From an uncultured Campylobacter sp. (lineage in GTDB: Bacteria; Campylobacterota; Campylobacteria; Campylobacterales; Campylobacteraceae), in NCBI GenBank assembly GCA_963530215.1, contig CAUSCE010000008.1, forward strand, positions 4,700 through 68,699: a stretch of 64,000 nucleotides of DNA, in the 5' to 3' direction. Within the stretch, counting starts at the first letter, position 1. Every line of letters begins with the position of its first letter. Shown piece by piece: positions 30,672 through 40,308 of this stretch. The notes below the pieces were generated by a model. It had not been told where the DNA came from, ran no database searches, and saw only the letters and a list, made by a program, of their open reading frames with translations. A program made the translations under genes and the position numbers.

Positions 30672-32949
30672 ACTCATTTATCGCTGCGTTTCCGTGATGG
30701 TGGAAGTCGTCGTAGATGATCTTTGAAGTTTGGAATTTTATGCGTTTTAGTTCGCGAACTCGTAAAAATTCTTTTTCATCGATCTTTTTGATCTGAATAG
30801 CTGCTTTAAACGTCGGAGTCTTACTGATGTAGTCCCAACCGCTGCTTGTTAGCTCATTGCAAGAGCTCTCCCAGTAGTGGAAAGTCATCTGGATGATGCC
30901 ATCAGGCACGATGTCTGTTACTTCAGCTTTTACGACGATGTAACCGTATCTACTCCAAGCTTTGATAAAGTCGCCTTGTTTTAGTCCGTATCTTTCTGCA
31001 AGCGCTGGGCTCATCTCAGCGATAGGTCCGATGCTATCTCCGCCCTCTTCGATAGCACGTGAGCGTCTTGTCATGGTGCCAACTGTGTATTGATAAACTT
31101 TTCTTGTAGTTAAAAGCTGTATCGGATACTCAGCGTCAGTCTTCTCATCGACCGAACCAGCCATGATAGGATACTCAGGCGACATATTCATCTTCTTAGC
31201 AAACTCTAGTTTTGCGCTCTCGATCTCATCAGCCTTATCCACAAATAGGCATGGTACAAAGCGACCTTTACCATCAGGGGTAAAGAATTTCTTATCAAGA
31301 TAGAGGCTTTGACCGCCCATATCATCTTCAGTTGGGCATGGCCAGTGAAGTCCGTGATATTTTTTAAGCCTATAATAGCTCATACCACCGTAGCGTCTAG
31401 GGTCGCATTTTCTAACTTCTTCCCAAATTTCTTCTGGAGAGTTAAAATTAAAGCCCTCAGTTGCGCCCAAACGACGTGCGATCTCGCAAACGATCCACCA
31501 GTCTTGTCTAGCATCACCTGGAGGTGTGATGACAGCTTCGTTATGTTGGACACGGCGCTCTGCGTTTGTGTAAAGACCCTCTTTTTCACTACTTGCAACG
31601 CCAGGGAGAACGACGTCAGCTTTTAGTGAAGTCTCAGTTAAAAATAGATCTTGAACCACGTAGAAATCGACATTTGCAATGCCTTTTAAGAAGTGATTTG
31701 TATTTGGCTCAGAGATGACTGGGTTTTCGCCGATAGTCCAGAAGAAATGCACTCTGCCATCAAGGATCGCATCAGGCACTTCAGTTTTATGGATACCTAT
31801 CTTTGAGTTTAAAAATCCAGGCTCTAAGTGCCACATTTTCTCAAACCAAGCTCTTTGCTCTGGGTCAGTTACTGAGCCAAGATTTGGGAAGATGTTTGGT
31901 AAAACGCCCATGTCGCAGCAGCCTTGAACGTTCTCTTGACCTCTAAGTGGCAAGTCGCCTGTGCCAAGCTCGCAGATATTGCCAGTGATCAAGAATAAAT
32001 TTGATACATCACAAACTCCGCCAACGCCGTGGTTGAAGTGAGTTACGCCCATGCCGTGAGTGATGACGGCTGGTTTTGTGGTGGCATACATTCTAGCAGC
32101 TGCTCTGATATCCTCTGGATTTAGCCTTGTGTATTTAGCTACAACCTCTGGAGCATAGTCTTTTACAGCTTCTTTAACGTACTCGATGCCTATTGTGTGG
32201 TCTCTTACAAATTCCTCATTTACAAGGCCTTCTTCGATGATAGTGTAAAGAAGTGCGTTGATAACTGGGATGTTGTGCTCAGGCTCTAGTTGTAAGTGGA
32301 TGTCGGCTCTACTTGCAAACTCAGTCTTTATAGGGTCGATAACGATCAGTTTTGCACCGCGGTTTAGCGCTCTTTGGATGTGCATAGCTGCGATTGGGTG
32401 ACCATTTTCTGGGTTTGAGCCTATCATTAATATACAGTTACTATAAGTGCCAATCTCTGTAAAGCTATTTGTGGCAGCTCCGTTTCCGATTGTTTTAGCA
32501 AGTCCTGCTACTGTCGGAGCGTGTCAAATTCTGGCGCAGTGATCGACGTTATTTGTACCTATGACTGCACGCATTAGCTTTTGAGCGACGTAGTTGTCCT
32601 CTAATGTACAGCGTGCTGAGAAGTTTCCTGCTAGTGAGTCAGGGCCGTATTTCTCTTTTGCCTCTTTCATCTTTTCTACGACAAGATCAAGCGCCTCGTC
32701 CCAGCTGGCCTCTTCAAATTCACCATCCTTTGAAAAGACTCCGTTTTTCTTTCTAATAAGCGGCTTTGTAAGTCTGTCCGGACTTGCAACGTAGTCCCAG
32801 CCATAAAAGCCTTTTAAACATAAATTTCCTTGATTGACTGGATTGTCTTCGACGCCAGTAGCGGCACGAACGACGTTGTTTTCCACGTGCAAGGTTACTT
32901 GACAGCCTGTCCCGCAATAAGGACAGATGACTTTACCTTCTTTCATCAC
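30670..32949 (-). CDS. fdhF: Formate dehydrogenase H-type molybdopterin oxidoreductase, selenocysteine-containing (Sec = TGA at 32526..32524)
   Basis: ORFs 32524..32949 and 30670..32427 are in the same frame and are joined by a TGA. The read-through sequence [29 protein letters not shown] aligns with E. coli FdhF CARV-U-HGPSVAGL. The N-terminal 4Fe-4S motif CPYCGTGC is present and there is no Tat signal. 759 codons. Confidence 0.9.
32486..32517 (-). other. SECIS-like hairpin just downstream of the fdhF UGA
   Basis: The minus strand after the UGA reads CACGCT CCGA CAG TAGCA GGACT TGCTA AAACAA TCGG. The outer stem is CCGA/TCGG and the inner stem is TAGCA/TGCTA. The apical loop GGACU resembles the GCAGGUCUGC apex of the E. 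coli fdhF SECIS. Confidence 0.6.
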
Positions 32950-33273
32950 TTTCTCCTTCTAATTATGCATTTTTTGCATATTTATTTTGAGTAATATTAC
33001 TAGTGCGAAACTTAATCTTTTATGAAAAATTCTTTATTTAAAAAATAAATTTTAATTTTAAGTTATATTTTATATAAAATTTAAAAAGCCGAATATATAG
33101 GAATTTAAAAAATATGCTAAATTTGCATGAATTTATAAAATTTATCAAATAAGAAATAAATTGTGTAAATTTGATGCAGAAGCTAAAATTATTAAATTAA
33201 TTTTATATATTTACGAAAAAGTGAAATTTAAATGAAAGGAAGTTGTAAATTTAAAATAGTGGAAAATTTAAAA

Positions 33274-33292
33274 GGAGAGCAGGTCGCTCTCC
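33274..33292 (-). terminator. rpsO rho-independent terminator
   Basis: GGAGAGC-GACCT-GCTCTCC is followed by TTTTAAATTTT on the minus strand, 7 nt past the rpsO stop. Confidence 0.65.
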
Positions 33293-33298
33293 GTGAGA

Positions 33299-33571
33299 TT
33301 ATTTATCTCTTAAGCCAAGCTCAGAGATTAGTTTTGAATATGTAGTGTAGTCTTTGTTTTTAAGATACTTTAAAAGTCTTTTTCTTTGACCAACTAGTTT
33401 TAAAAGACCTAAACGTGATGAAAAGTCTTTTTTGAAAATTTTAAGGTGTTCTGTAAGTTCAGTTATTCTAGCTGTTAAAAGAGCTATTTGAACCTCTGGA
33501 GAGCCTGTATCTCCCTCTTTTCTAGCGAATTTCGCAACTATTTGAGCTTTTTTAGCCGAATCCAAAGCCAT
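33299..33571 (-). CDS. rpsO: 30S ribosomal protein S15
   Basis: 90 aa. [25 protein letters not shown] is the canonical S15 sequence. Confidence 0.95.
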   Translation of the reverse strand: MALDSAKKAQIVAKFARKEGDTGSPEVQIALLTARITELTEHLKIFKKDFSSRLGLLKLVGQRKRLLKYLKNKDYTTYSKLISELGLRDK

Positions 33572-33717
33572 AATGACCTCCTGATTGGTGAATTTTGAAA
33601 GAGCGATTATAGCATTTAAAACATAAAGTTAGATAAAATTACGCTTTTTAAAAATTAATGAAAAATGCAGTAAAAATTTAATAAAATTAGGGCTATTTAA
33701 AGACTTAAGGAAGATAA

Positions 33718-34122
33718 ATGCTTTTTACAAAGGCAAGCGAATACGCTCTACTTTCACTTATTTTAATATCTCAAAAATCATCTCCAGTTGATGTTGATAC
33801 GATCTCAAATGAACTTAAAATTTCAAAAAGCTTTTTAGCCAAAATTTTACAAAATCTTGCAAAAGATGGAATTTTAAAGTCGTTTAAAGGGGCAAATGGC
33901 GGTTTCGCACTAAATAACGAACCTGAAAATTTAAGCATAAAAAAGATAATAGAGTGCGCTGAAAAACGTGAACTTAACGTCTTTGAGTGCTCATCTTCTG
34001 CAGATGGCTGCCCGTCAAATAAAGCCTCGAGCTGTCAAATTTGGTCGATGTTTAGCGGTCTTCAAAGCAAGATCGACGAGATGCTTGATGCTATAAAACT
34101 AAGTGATATCGTTAAGAAGTAA
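33718..34122 (+). CDS. Rrf2 family transcriptional regulator
   Basis: MLFTKASEYALLSLILIS...ISKSFLAKILQNLAKDGILKSFKGANGGFAL is the typical Rrf2 wHTH. The C-terminal region contains Cys residues. Confidence 0.85.
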   Translation: MLFTKASEYALLSLILISQKSSPVDVDTISNELKISKSFLAKILQNLAKDGILKSFKGANGGFALNNEPENLSIKKIIECAEKRELNVFECSSSADGCPSNKASSCQIWSMFSGLQSKIDEMLDAIKLSDIVKK

Positions 34123-34124
34123 AG

Positions 34125-36320
34125 TTGGCAAAGCAAAAAAATAACATCTTAACTCTTGTAGCACCGTTTCTTGCGCCAATTGTTAAGTTTAAAAGTCTTA
34201 GCATCGTTGGTATCATTGTTGCCATCCTTGCTATCATCATCGTACCGCTTCCGAGCGCGGTACTTGACTTTTTTCTGGCACTTTCTATTTCTATTTCTGT
34301 GCTTATAATCTTAATTTCGATTTATGTGCCAAAACCAACCGATCTTAGTACATTTCCGACACTGATCCTTATCGTTACGCTTTTTCGCCTCTCGCTAAAT
34401 ATCGCAACCACGCGTATGATCTTAAGCGAAGGTCACAATGGCCCAGAAGCGGTCAGTGAGATCATCTCAAGTTTTGGAAATTTCGTAGTTGGTGGTAACT
34501 TCGTCATCGGCACCATCGTCTTTTGCATCTTGGTTCTCATAAATTTTATGGTCGTAACAAAGGGTTCAACTCGCGTGAGTGAGGTACAAGCGCGTTTTAC
34601 ACTTGATGCGATGCCTGGTAAGCAAATGGCGATAGATGCGGACTTAAACGCAGGTTTGATAGACGAAAAAACGGCGCGCGAAAGGCGTCAAGCCATCATC
34701 GGCGAGGCAAATTTCTACGGCGCGATGGATGGTTCGTCTAAATTTATAAAAGGTGACGCTGTCGCTGGTATCATCATCACTATCATCAACATCATTGGCG
34801 GCTTTGCTATCGGTTCGTTTCAGCACGGCCTTGATATGGCGACATCGGCTCAGTACTACACGATCCTAACTATCGGTGATGGCCTTGTGAGCCAGATCCC
34901 AGGACTTATCACTTCAACAGCGACTGCTATCATCATCACAAGGGCTAGCAAAGACGATGAGGACTTTGCAGAGGGCACGCTAAATCAGCTATTAGGGGAT
35001 TATAAAAACTTGCTGATAGTGGGCTTCATACTATTTATGTTTGCCCTTGTGCCTGGTCTGCCAACCCTATCTCTTGGCTTTATCGCACTACTATTTTTGG
35101 GGCTTGGCTACATTATCAAGCAGACAAAAGATGGCGGGCTAAATTTAAGCCTTGCACCAAAAGAGAAAACCGCTTCTAAAAAGGCTGGAGCTGCTACGCC
35201 AAGTGGGGCAGGGGCAGCAGCTGCAAGTGGCGGGGCTGCTAAGGCACCAAAGAAGAGCGACGAAGAGATCGCAAGAGAAGAAGAGACAAAGATAAATGAC
35301 ATCTTGAAGCTTGAAATTTTAGAGCTTGATCTAGGATATGGCCTGTTAAAGCTAGCTGATGTGGATCTAATAGAGAGAATTCGCGCTATGAGGCGAAATA
35401 TCGCTTCAAGCCTTGGCTTTTTGATGCCAAAGATAAGGATCCGCGACAACCTCCAGCTACCGCCAAACGAGTACCGCTTCAAGCTAAAAGGCATCGTGAT
35501 CGGTCAGGGCGAAATTTATGCGGATAAATTTCTAGCGATGGATAGTGGCTTAGTGAGCGAAGATATAGAAGGAATTCCGACAAAAGAGCCAGCTTTTGGG
35601 CTGGACGCTCTTTGGATCGATACTAGCGTCAAAGAGGACGCCATACTTAGCGGATATACGATAGTTGATCCTGCAAGCGTCATCTCAACGCATATGAGCG
35701 AGCTTATCAAACAAAATGCAGCCGAGCTTCTAACTCGCCAAGAGACGCAAAATTTACTAGACAAACTAAAGATCGACTACCCAGTCGTGGTCGAGGATAC
35801 GCTAAGGATCGCGCCTATAAATTTGATCCAAAAGGTTTTAAAAGCGCTACTTAAAGACAATATCCCAATCAAAGACCTACTTAGCATACTTGAATCAATT
35901 AGCGACATCGCCGAGGTTAGTAAAAACCTAGATATGATCATCGAGCACGTTCGTGCAGCGCTCTCACGTGTCATCACCTCGCTTTATGTCGATGAGAAAG
36001 GTCAACTAAATTTTTACATTTTAGATAGTGCTGCGCAGCAAAAGCTTATGGACGCAGTGCAGTATAAAGACGGTGCGTATCACCTGATGATAAATGTAGC
36101 TCAAACTTCATCGATCGTTCAGGCTCTAAGACATGAAAAAGAGAAACGTCCGATGAGTCAGCACGGCGAAATGGTGCTTTGCGTGGAGCCAAGCCTAAGA
36201 AAATTTATAGCAAATATCTGCGCAAATTTTGCCATCGACATCGTGGTGCTAAGCTTTGCTGAGATCTCGGCAAATACGCCATTTGAAACGGTTGGCGTCA
36301 TAGAAATAGAAAATTTATAA
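34125..36320 (+). CDS. flhA: Flagellar export apparatus protein FlhA
   Basis: 731 aa. Conserved FHIPEP motifs (RVSEVQARFTLDAMPGKQMAIDADL, FYGAMDGSSKFIKGDA), an Ala/Gly/Lys-rich linker and a cytoplasmic C-terminal domain. TTG start. Confidence 0.95.
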   Translation: MAKQKNNILTLVAPFLAPIVKFKSLSIVGIIVAILAIIIVPLPSAVLDFFLALSISISVLIILISIYVPKPTDLSTFPTLILIVTLFRLSLNIATTRMILSEGHNGPEAVSEIISSFGNFVVGGNFVIGTIVFCILVLINFMVVTKGSTRVSEVQARFTLDAMPGKQMAIDADLNAGLIDEKTARERRQAIIGEANFYGAMDGSSKFIKGDAVAGIIITIINIIGGFAIGSFQHGLDMATSAQYYTILTIGDGLVSQIPGLITSTATAIIITRASKDDEDFAEGTLNQLLGDYKNLLIVGFILFMFALVPGLPTLSLGFIALLFLGLGYIIKQTKDGGLNLSLAPKEKTASKKAGAATPSGAGAAAASGGAAKAPKKSDEEIAREEETKINDILKLEILELDLGYGLLKLADVDLIERIRAMRRNIASSLGFLMPKIRIRDNLQLPPNEYRFKLKGIVIGQGEIYADKFLAMDSGLVSEDIEGIPTKEPAFGLDALWIDTSVKEDAILSGYTIVDPASVISTHMSELIKQNAAELLTRQETQNLLDKLKIDYPVVVEDTLRIAPINLIQKVLKALLKDNIPIKDLLSILESISDIAEVSKNLDMIIEHVRAALSRVITSLYVDEKGQLNFYILDSAAQQKLMDAVQYKDGAYHLMINVAQTSSIVQALRHEKEKRPMSQHGEMVLCVEPSLRKFIANICANFAIDIVVLSFAEISANTPFETVGVIEIENL

Positions 36321-36329
36321 AGGAAAACG

Positions 36330-37355
36330 ATGAAAATTTATCACCTCTCACACACCGATCTTGACGGATACGGTGCTCAGTATATAACAAATTTTTACTT
36401 CAAAGATGTGAAATTTCTAAACTCAAACTACGGCAGAGAGATAGATGATAAATTTGCTCAAATTTTAGCTGAGATAGATACCTCAAACGATGATAAAAAC
36501 ATCATTTTGATTACTGATCTAAATTTAACTCTAGCCCAGTGCGAAAGCTTTACTGAGATGATAGAGGGTAAAAATATAAAGCTATTTTTGCTTGATCATC
36601 ACCAAAGCGGTGCCGAGTGTGCAAGCGCCTATCCATGGTATTTTTTGGATAGTTCAAGGTGTGCTACAAAGATCACTTACGACTTTTTTGCAGGAATTTT
36701 TGGCAAAAACAAAGAGCTTGAAATTTTTAGTGGCGTCGTAAATGCCGTAGATATCTGGCTAAAAGATGATAAAAATTTTGAGATGGGCAAGGTCTGCTTG
36801 GGACTTGTGGCAAACGCCAAAGAGATAAATAAGGTGATGTTTGAGGCTGAAAACAACCTATATATGGATCACATCTTAAAAGAAGCTAGCAAATTTTTCA
36901 ACGATAAAAACGACTATATCGGGCTTGATATGCAGATACACGCCATCAAAAAGTCATTTTTCAAAGAGGATAAAGACGATACGCTAAGTAATCTTATCTC
37001 AAGCTACGTAGTAAAAAAACTTAGTGAAAATAAAGAGAAATTTAGCATAAAGTATAAAGATCATAAAGGTATTTTAACCTACAATATCGGAAATGTTTCG
37101 GTTATCGGCAACGACTTTTTAGTGGCAAATCCTGAATTTGACTTCTTTATCGATGTGACAAATAAAAAAACGCTAAGTTTTCGTGCAAATGGCAAGCTTG
37201 ACGTTAGTGCTATGGCAAAGCACCTAGTTGGTGGCGGTGGGCATGTTAATGCAAGCGGTGGGCTATTTACAAATTTTAAAGATGGCTTTAGTTATGAGCC
37301 GATTAAAGCCCAGATAATCGATCTAATAACCAAAAAAACACAGGAGGATATATGA
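36330..37355 (+). CDS. DHH/DHHA1 family phosphoesterase
   Basis: DHH motifs HTDLDGYG, ITDLN and LLDHH, plus the DHHA1 motif GGGGH near the C-terminus. Confidence 0.75.
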   Translation: MKIYHLSHTDLDGYGAQYITNFYFKDVKFLNSNYGREIDDKFAQILAEIDTSNDDKNIILITDLNLTLAQCESFTEMIEGKNIKLFLLDHHQSGAECASAYPWYFLDSSRCATKITYDFFAGIFGKNKELEIFSGVVNAVDIWLKDDKNFEMGKVCLGLVANAKEINKVMFEAENNLYMDHILKEASKFFNDKNDYIGLDMQIHAIKKSFFKEDKDDTLSNLISSYVVKKLSENKEKFSIKYKDHKGILTYNIGNVSVIGNDFLVANPEFDFFIDVTNKKTLSFRANGKLDVSAMAKHLVGGGGHVNASGGLFTNFKDGFSYEPIKAQIIDLITKKTQEDI

Positions 37356-37579
37356 AAGAAGAAGAGGTAAGTGTAGAAGAACTTAGCTACGAGCTTAGTA
37401 TGGTGCTTGAAGCGATGTTATACTATGCTGGAGTAAAAAAAGACAAACTTGAAGAGGCAGCAAATCTTTATGTCGAGTGCATCGATGATGCGTTGGAAAA
37501 TTCTGATGCTAGTGGAAGCGATGAGGTCATAGAAATAGTTGAGTATATGAAAAAACATAATTCAAAATTATTTAAATAA
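37352..37579 (+). CDS. Small acidic hypothetical protein
   Basis: 75-aa ORF whose start overlaps the upstream stop (ATGA). No family recognised. Confidence 0.4.
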   Translation: MKEEEVSVEELSYELSMVLEAMLYYAGVKKDKLEEAANLYVECIDDALENSDASGSDEVIEIVEYMKKHNSKLFK

Positions 37580-37588
37580 GGAGAAAAT

Positions 37589-37999
37589 ATGAAGAAAATT
37601 TTAGTTTTAGCGGCGGCAGTTTTTGCACTAAATGGGTTTGCAAGTGAAAATTTGGATAAGGCAAATGAACTTTATGCAAAGAAAAATTTCAATGAAGCTT
37701 ATCTTTATTTCAATAAGGCTTGCGGCGAGGGCGAGAAAAAAGCATGCACGATGAATGCGATCATGCTATTTAACGGCGATGGCGTGGCAAAAGATAGAGC
37801 TCAGGCTGAGAAAATTTTTACGAAAATGTGCGACGAAAATGAGGGCATGGCCTGCGAAAAACTAGGCGAAATGACAGCTTATGGTCTTATAAAAGACAAA
37901 GACGACAATGAAGCAAAAAGCGAAGAGAAGGCAAAAGCTTTGTTTAAAAAAGCTTGCGACAACGGCTACAAGCCAGCTTGTGACTTTGTAACAAAATAG
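37589..37999 (+). CDS. Secreted Sel1-like repeat, cysteine-rich protein (Hcp-like)
   Basis: Signal peptide MKKILVLAAAVFALNGFA followed by repeated ...KACxxGxxxAC... Sel1/Hcp repeat units. Confidence 0.7.
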   Translation: MKKILVLAAAVFALNGFASENLDKANELYAKKNFNEAYLYFNKACGEGEKKACTMNAIMLFNGDGVAKDRAQAEKIFTKMCDENEGMACEKLGEMTAYGLIKDKDDNEAKSEEKAKALFKKACDNGYKPACDFVTK

Positions 38000-38016
38000 A
38001 TCAAAAAGGGCTTAAA

Positions 38017-38946
38017 ATGGGCTACAAACATAAAGATTTGATAGGAACTAGAGAGCTTAGCAAGGAAGAAATTTTATATTTTCTAGAGGCGGCGAAAGAG
38101 TTTAAGGAGCTAAATTTAAGCCAAGTGAAAAAAAATGACTACCTTCGTGGAAAAACCACGATCAACGCATTTTATGAAAACTCGACAAGAACTAGAACAT
38201 CCTTTGAGATCGCGGCAAAGAGGCTTGGGGCTGATACGATAAATTTCAGCTCATCAAGCTCAAGCGTGACAAAGGGCGAGAGCCTAAATGACACGATGAA
38301 TAACATGGCTGCTATGAGAAGTGACATCATCGTGCTTCGTCATCCAAGCTCTGGAGCGGCAAAATTTGCAGCGGATAGAACTGATGCTAGTGTCGTAAAC
38401 GCAGGGGACGGCACAAATGAGCACCCAAGCCAAGCTTTACTTGATCTTTTTACGTTAAGAGAGCATGGTAAAATTTTAGATAAAAACCTAAACGTTGCGA
38501 TCATCGGCGACATCGCTAGAAGCCGCGTGGCAAGGTCTGACATCTGGGCGATGAAGAAATTTGGCATAAATTTAAAGCTATTTGCGCCAAAGATGATGAT
38601 GCCAAAAGACGCTGAGGTCTTTGAGTCTCAAATTTGCAAAAATATGGAGGAGGCTTGCGAGGGTAGCGACGTCATCATCATGCTTCGCATCCAGCTAGAG
38701 CGTGGCGGTGCGGATGTGACATTTCCAAGCTCGAGGGAGTACTCAAAATTCTTTGGACTAAATAAAAATAGGATAAAGCTAGCAAAACCCGACGCGATCG
38801 TACTGCATCCAGGACCGATAAATAGGGGCGTAGAGCTAAACTCTGACGTGGCTGATGGTACGCACTCAGTCATACTAAATCAAGTTGAAAACGGCGTTGC
38901 TATAAGAATGGCGATACTAAATACGCTTGCAAAAAATAGGGGCTAA
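38017..38946 (+). CDS. pyrB: Aspartate carbamoyltransferase catalytic subunit
   Basis: The motifs STRTRTSFE, HPSQALLDL and HPGP are present. 309 aa. Confidence 0.95.
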   Translation: MGYKHKDLIGTRELSKEEILYFLEAAKEFKELNLSQVKKNDYLRGKTTINAFYENSTRTRTSFEIAAKRLGADTINFSSSSSSVTKGESLNDTMNNMAAMRSDIIVLRHPSSGAAKFAADRTDASVVNAGDGTNEHPSQALLDLFTLREHGKILDKNLNVAIIGDIARSRVARSDIWAMKKFGINLKLFAPKMMMPKDAEVFESQICKNMEEACEGSDVIIMLRIQLERGGADVTFPSSREYSKFFGLNKNRIKLAKPDAIVLHPGPINRGVELNSDVADGTHSVILNQVENGVAIRMAILNTLAKNRG

Positions 38947-38948
38947 CG

Positions 38949-40226
38949 ATGAAAATAGCAATAATTAACGGCACTATCGTAAATAGCGACGAGAAATTTA
39001 AGGCAAATATCCTAATAGAGAACGGCAAAATAGCCAAAATCGGAAGTGAGAAATTTGAGGCTGATAAGGTCATCGACGCTACAAATAAGCTAGTCATGCC
39101 AGGACTTATCGACATGCACGTGCATTTTCGCGATCCTGGTCAAGAGTATAAAGACGACATCATCTCAGGCTCACAGGCGGCCGTGGCCGGAGGAGTGACC
39201 ACCTGCCTTTGCATGGCTAACACAAACCCAGTAAATGACAACGCCTCAATCACAAGGGCAATGATAGAAAAGGCTAAAAACTGCGGACTGATCGATCTTT
39301 TACCAATTGCAGCTATCAGCAAAGGACTTGGCGGCAATGAGATCGTTGAAATGGGCGATCTTATAGAAGCTGGCGCAGTTGCATTTAGCGACGACGGCCT
39401 ACCAGTGACTAGCTCAAGCGTGATGAGAGCGGCGCTTGAGTACTCAAGCATGTTTAATAGTTTTTGTATAAGCCACTCAGAGGACTGCTCGCTTTGCAGA
39501 CAGGGTGTCATGCACGAGGGCAAGGTCTCAGCCATACTTGGACTTCGCGGCATGGCAAGAGAGAAAGAGGAGATCGCAGTGAGCCGTGATATGCTGCTTG
39601 CAAAGCTCACTAAAGCGCACATCCACATCGCTCACGTAAGCTCGGAATACTCGCTAAAGATCATCGAAATGGGTAAAAAAGAGGGCATAAACATCACTTG
39701 CGAGGCCACACCTCACCACTTTAGCTTTAGCGACGATGAAATTTTGAAAAATGCCTACGATACAAATTTCAAAATGTCGCCGCCACTTCGCGAGATAAGC
39801 GACGTAAAAGCGGTGAGAGAGGCACTAAAAAGCGGTCTTATAGACGTTATCGCCACCGATCATGCCCCACACCATACAGACGAAAAGATAGTGGAATTTG
39901 ACAAGGCGCCATTTGGTATCATCGGACTTCAAACCCTTGTGCCACTCACTCTAAAGCTCGTAAATGAGGGTGTTATAAGCTTGGAGCGAATGGTGGAGCT
40001 AACTTCTACAAACGCTGCTAAGATACTAAATTTAAAAGATAAAGGCAGACTTGCCGAGGGCATGCTAGCTGACATCGCAGTGATCGATCCTGAGATCGAG
40101 TATATCTATGATGAAAAGATAAACCGCTCAAAATCGATAAATTCTCCACTCTTTGGCAAAAAGCTAAAAGGCGTAGCAACTACCACGATAAAAAGTGGCA
40201 AGATCGTCTATGAGTTTGGAAAATAA
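38949..40226 (+). CDS. pyrC: Dihydroorotase (type I, amidohydrolase family)
   Basis: The metal-binding motifs DMHVHFRDPG and ATDHAPH are present. 425 aa, adjacent to pyrB. Confidence 0.88.
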   Translation: MKIAIINGTIVNSDEKFKANILIENGKIAKIGSEKFEADKVIDATNKLVMPGLIDMHVHFRDPGQEYKDDIISGSQAAVAGGVTTCLCMANTNPVNDNASITRAMIEKAKNCGLIDLLPIAAISKGLGGNEIVEMGDLIEAGAVAFSDDGLPVTSSSVMRAALEYSSMFNSFCISHSEDCSLCRQGVMHEGKVSAILGLRGMAREKEEIAVSRDMLLAKLTKAHIHIAHVSSEYSLKIIEMGKKEGINITCEATPHHFSFSDDEILKNAYDTNFKMSPPLREISDVKAVREALKSGLIDVIATDHAPHHTDEKIVEFDKAPFGIIGLQTLVPLTLKLVNEGVISLERMVELTSTNAAKILNLKDKGRLAEGMLADIAVIDPEIEYIYDEKINRSKSINSPLFGKKLKGVATTTIKSGKIVYEFGK

Positions 40227-40273
40227 TATAAATTTGCTCGTGCTTGCGAGTAAATCCTAAATCTTCAAAATCC

Positions 40274-40303
40274 AAAATTTGCTAGAAATTTCTAGCAAAT
40301 TTT
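40274..40303. terminator. Bidirectional palindromic terminator between pyrC and pepD
   Basis: AAAATTTGCTAGAAATTTCTAGCAAATTTT is a perfect 30-nt palindrome flanked by T and A runs, between two convergent genes. Confidence 0.7.
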
Positions 40304-40308
40304 ATTTT

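Noticed and set aside
32428-32523. Apparent gap or split of the formate dehydrogenase gene, suggesting a pseudogene
   Set aside because: The two halves are in the same frame. The only interruption is one TGA at the position of the catalytic selenocysteine of FdhF-type enzymes, and a SECIS-like hairpin follows it. The gene is read as an intact selenoprotein gene.
35108-35494. 128-aa minus-strand ORF inside flhA, with neighbours at 35516..35764 and 35777..35977
   Set aside because: It is antisense to the flhA linker and cytoplasmic domain, has low complexity and no start context.
39140-39628. 162-aa minus-strand ORF inside pyrC
   Set aside because: It is antisense to a dihydroorotase gene with intact catalytic motifs. 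It is a shadow ORF.
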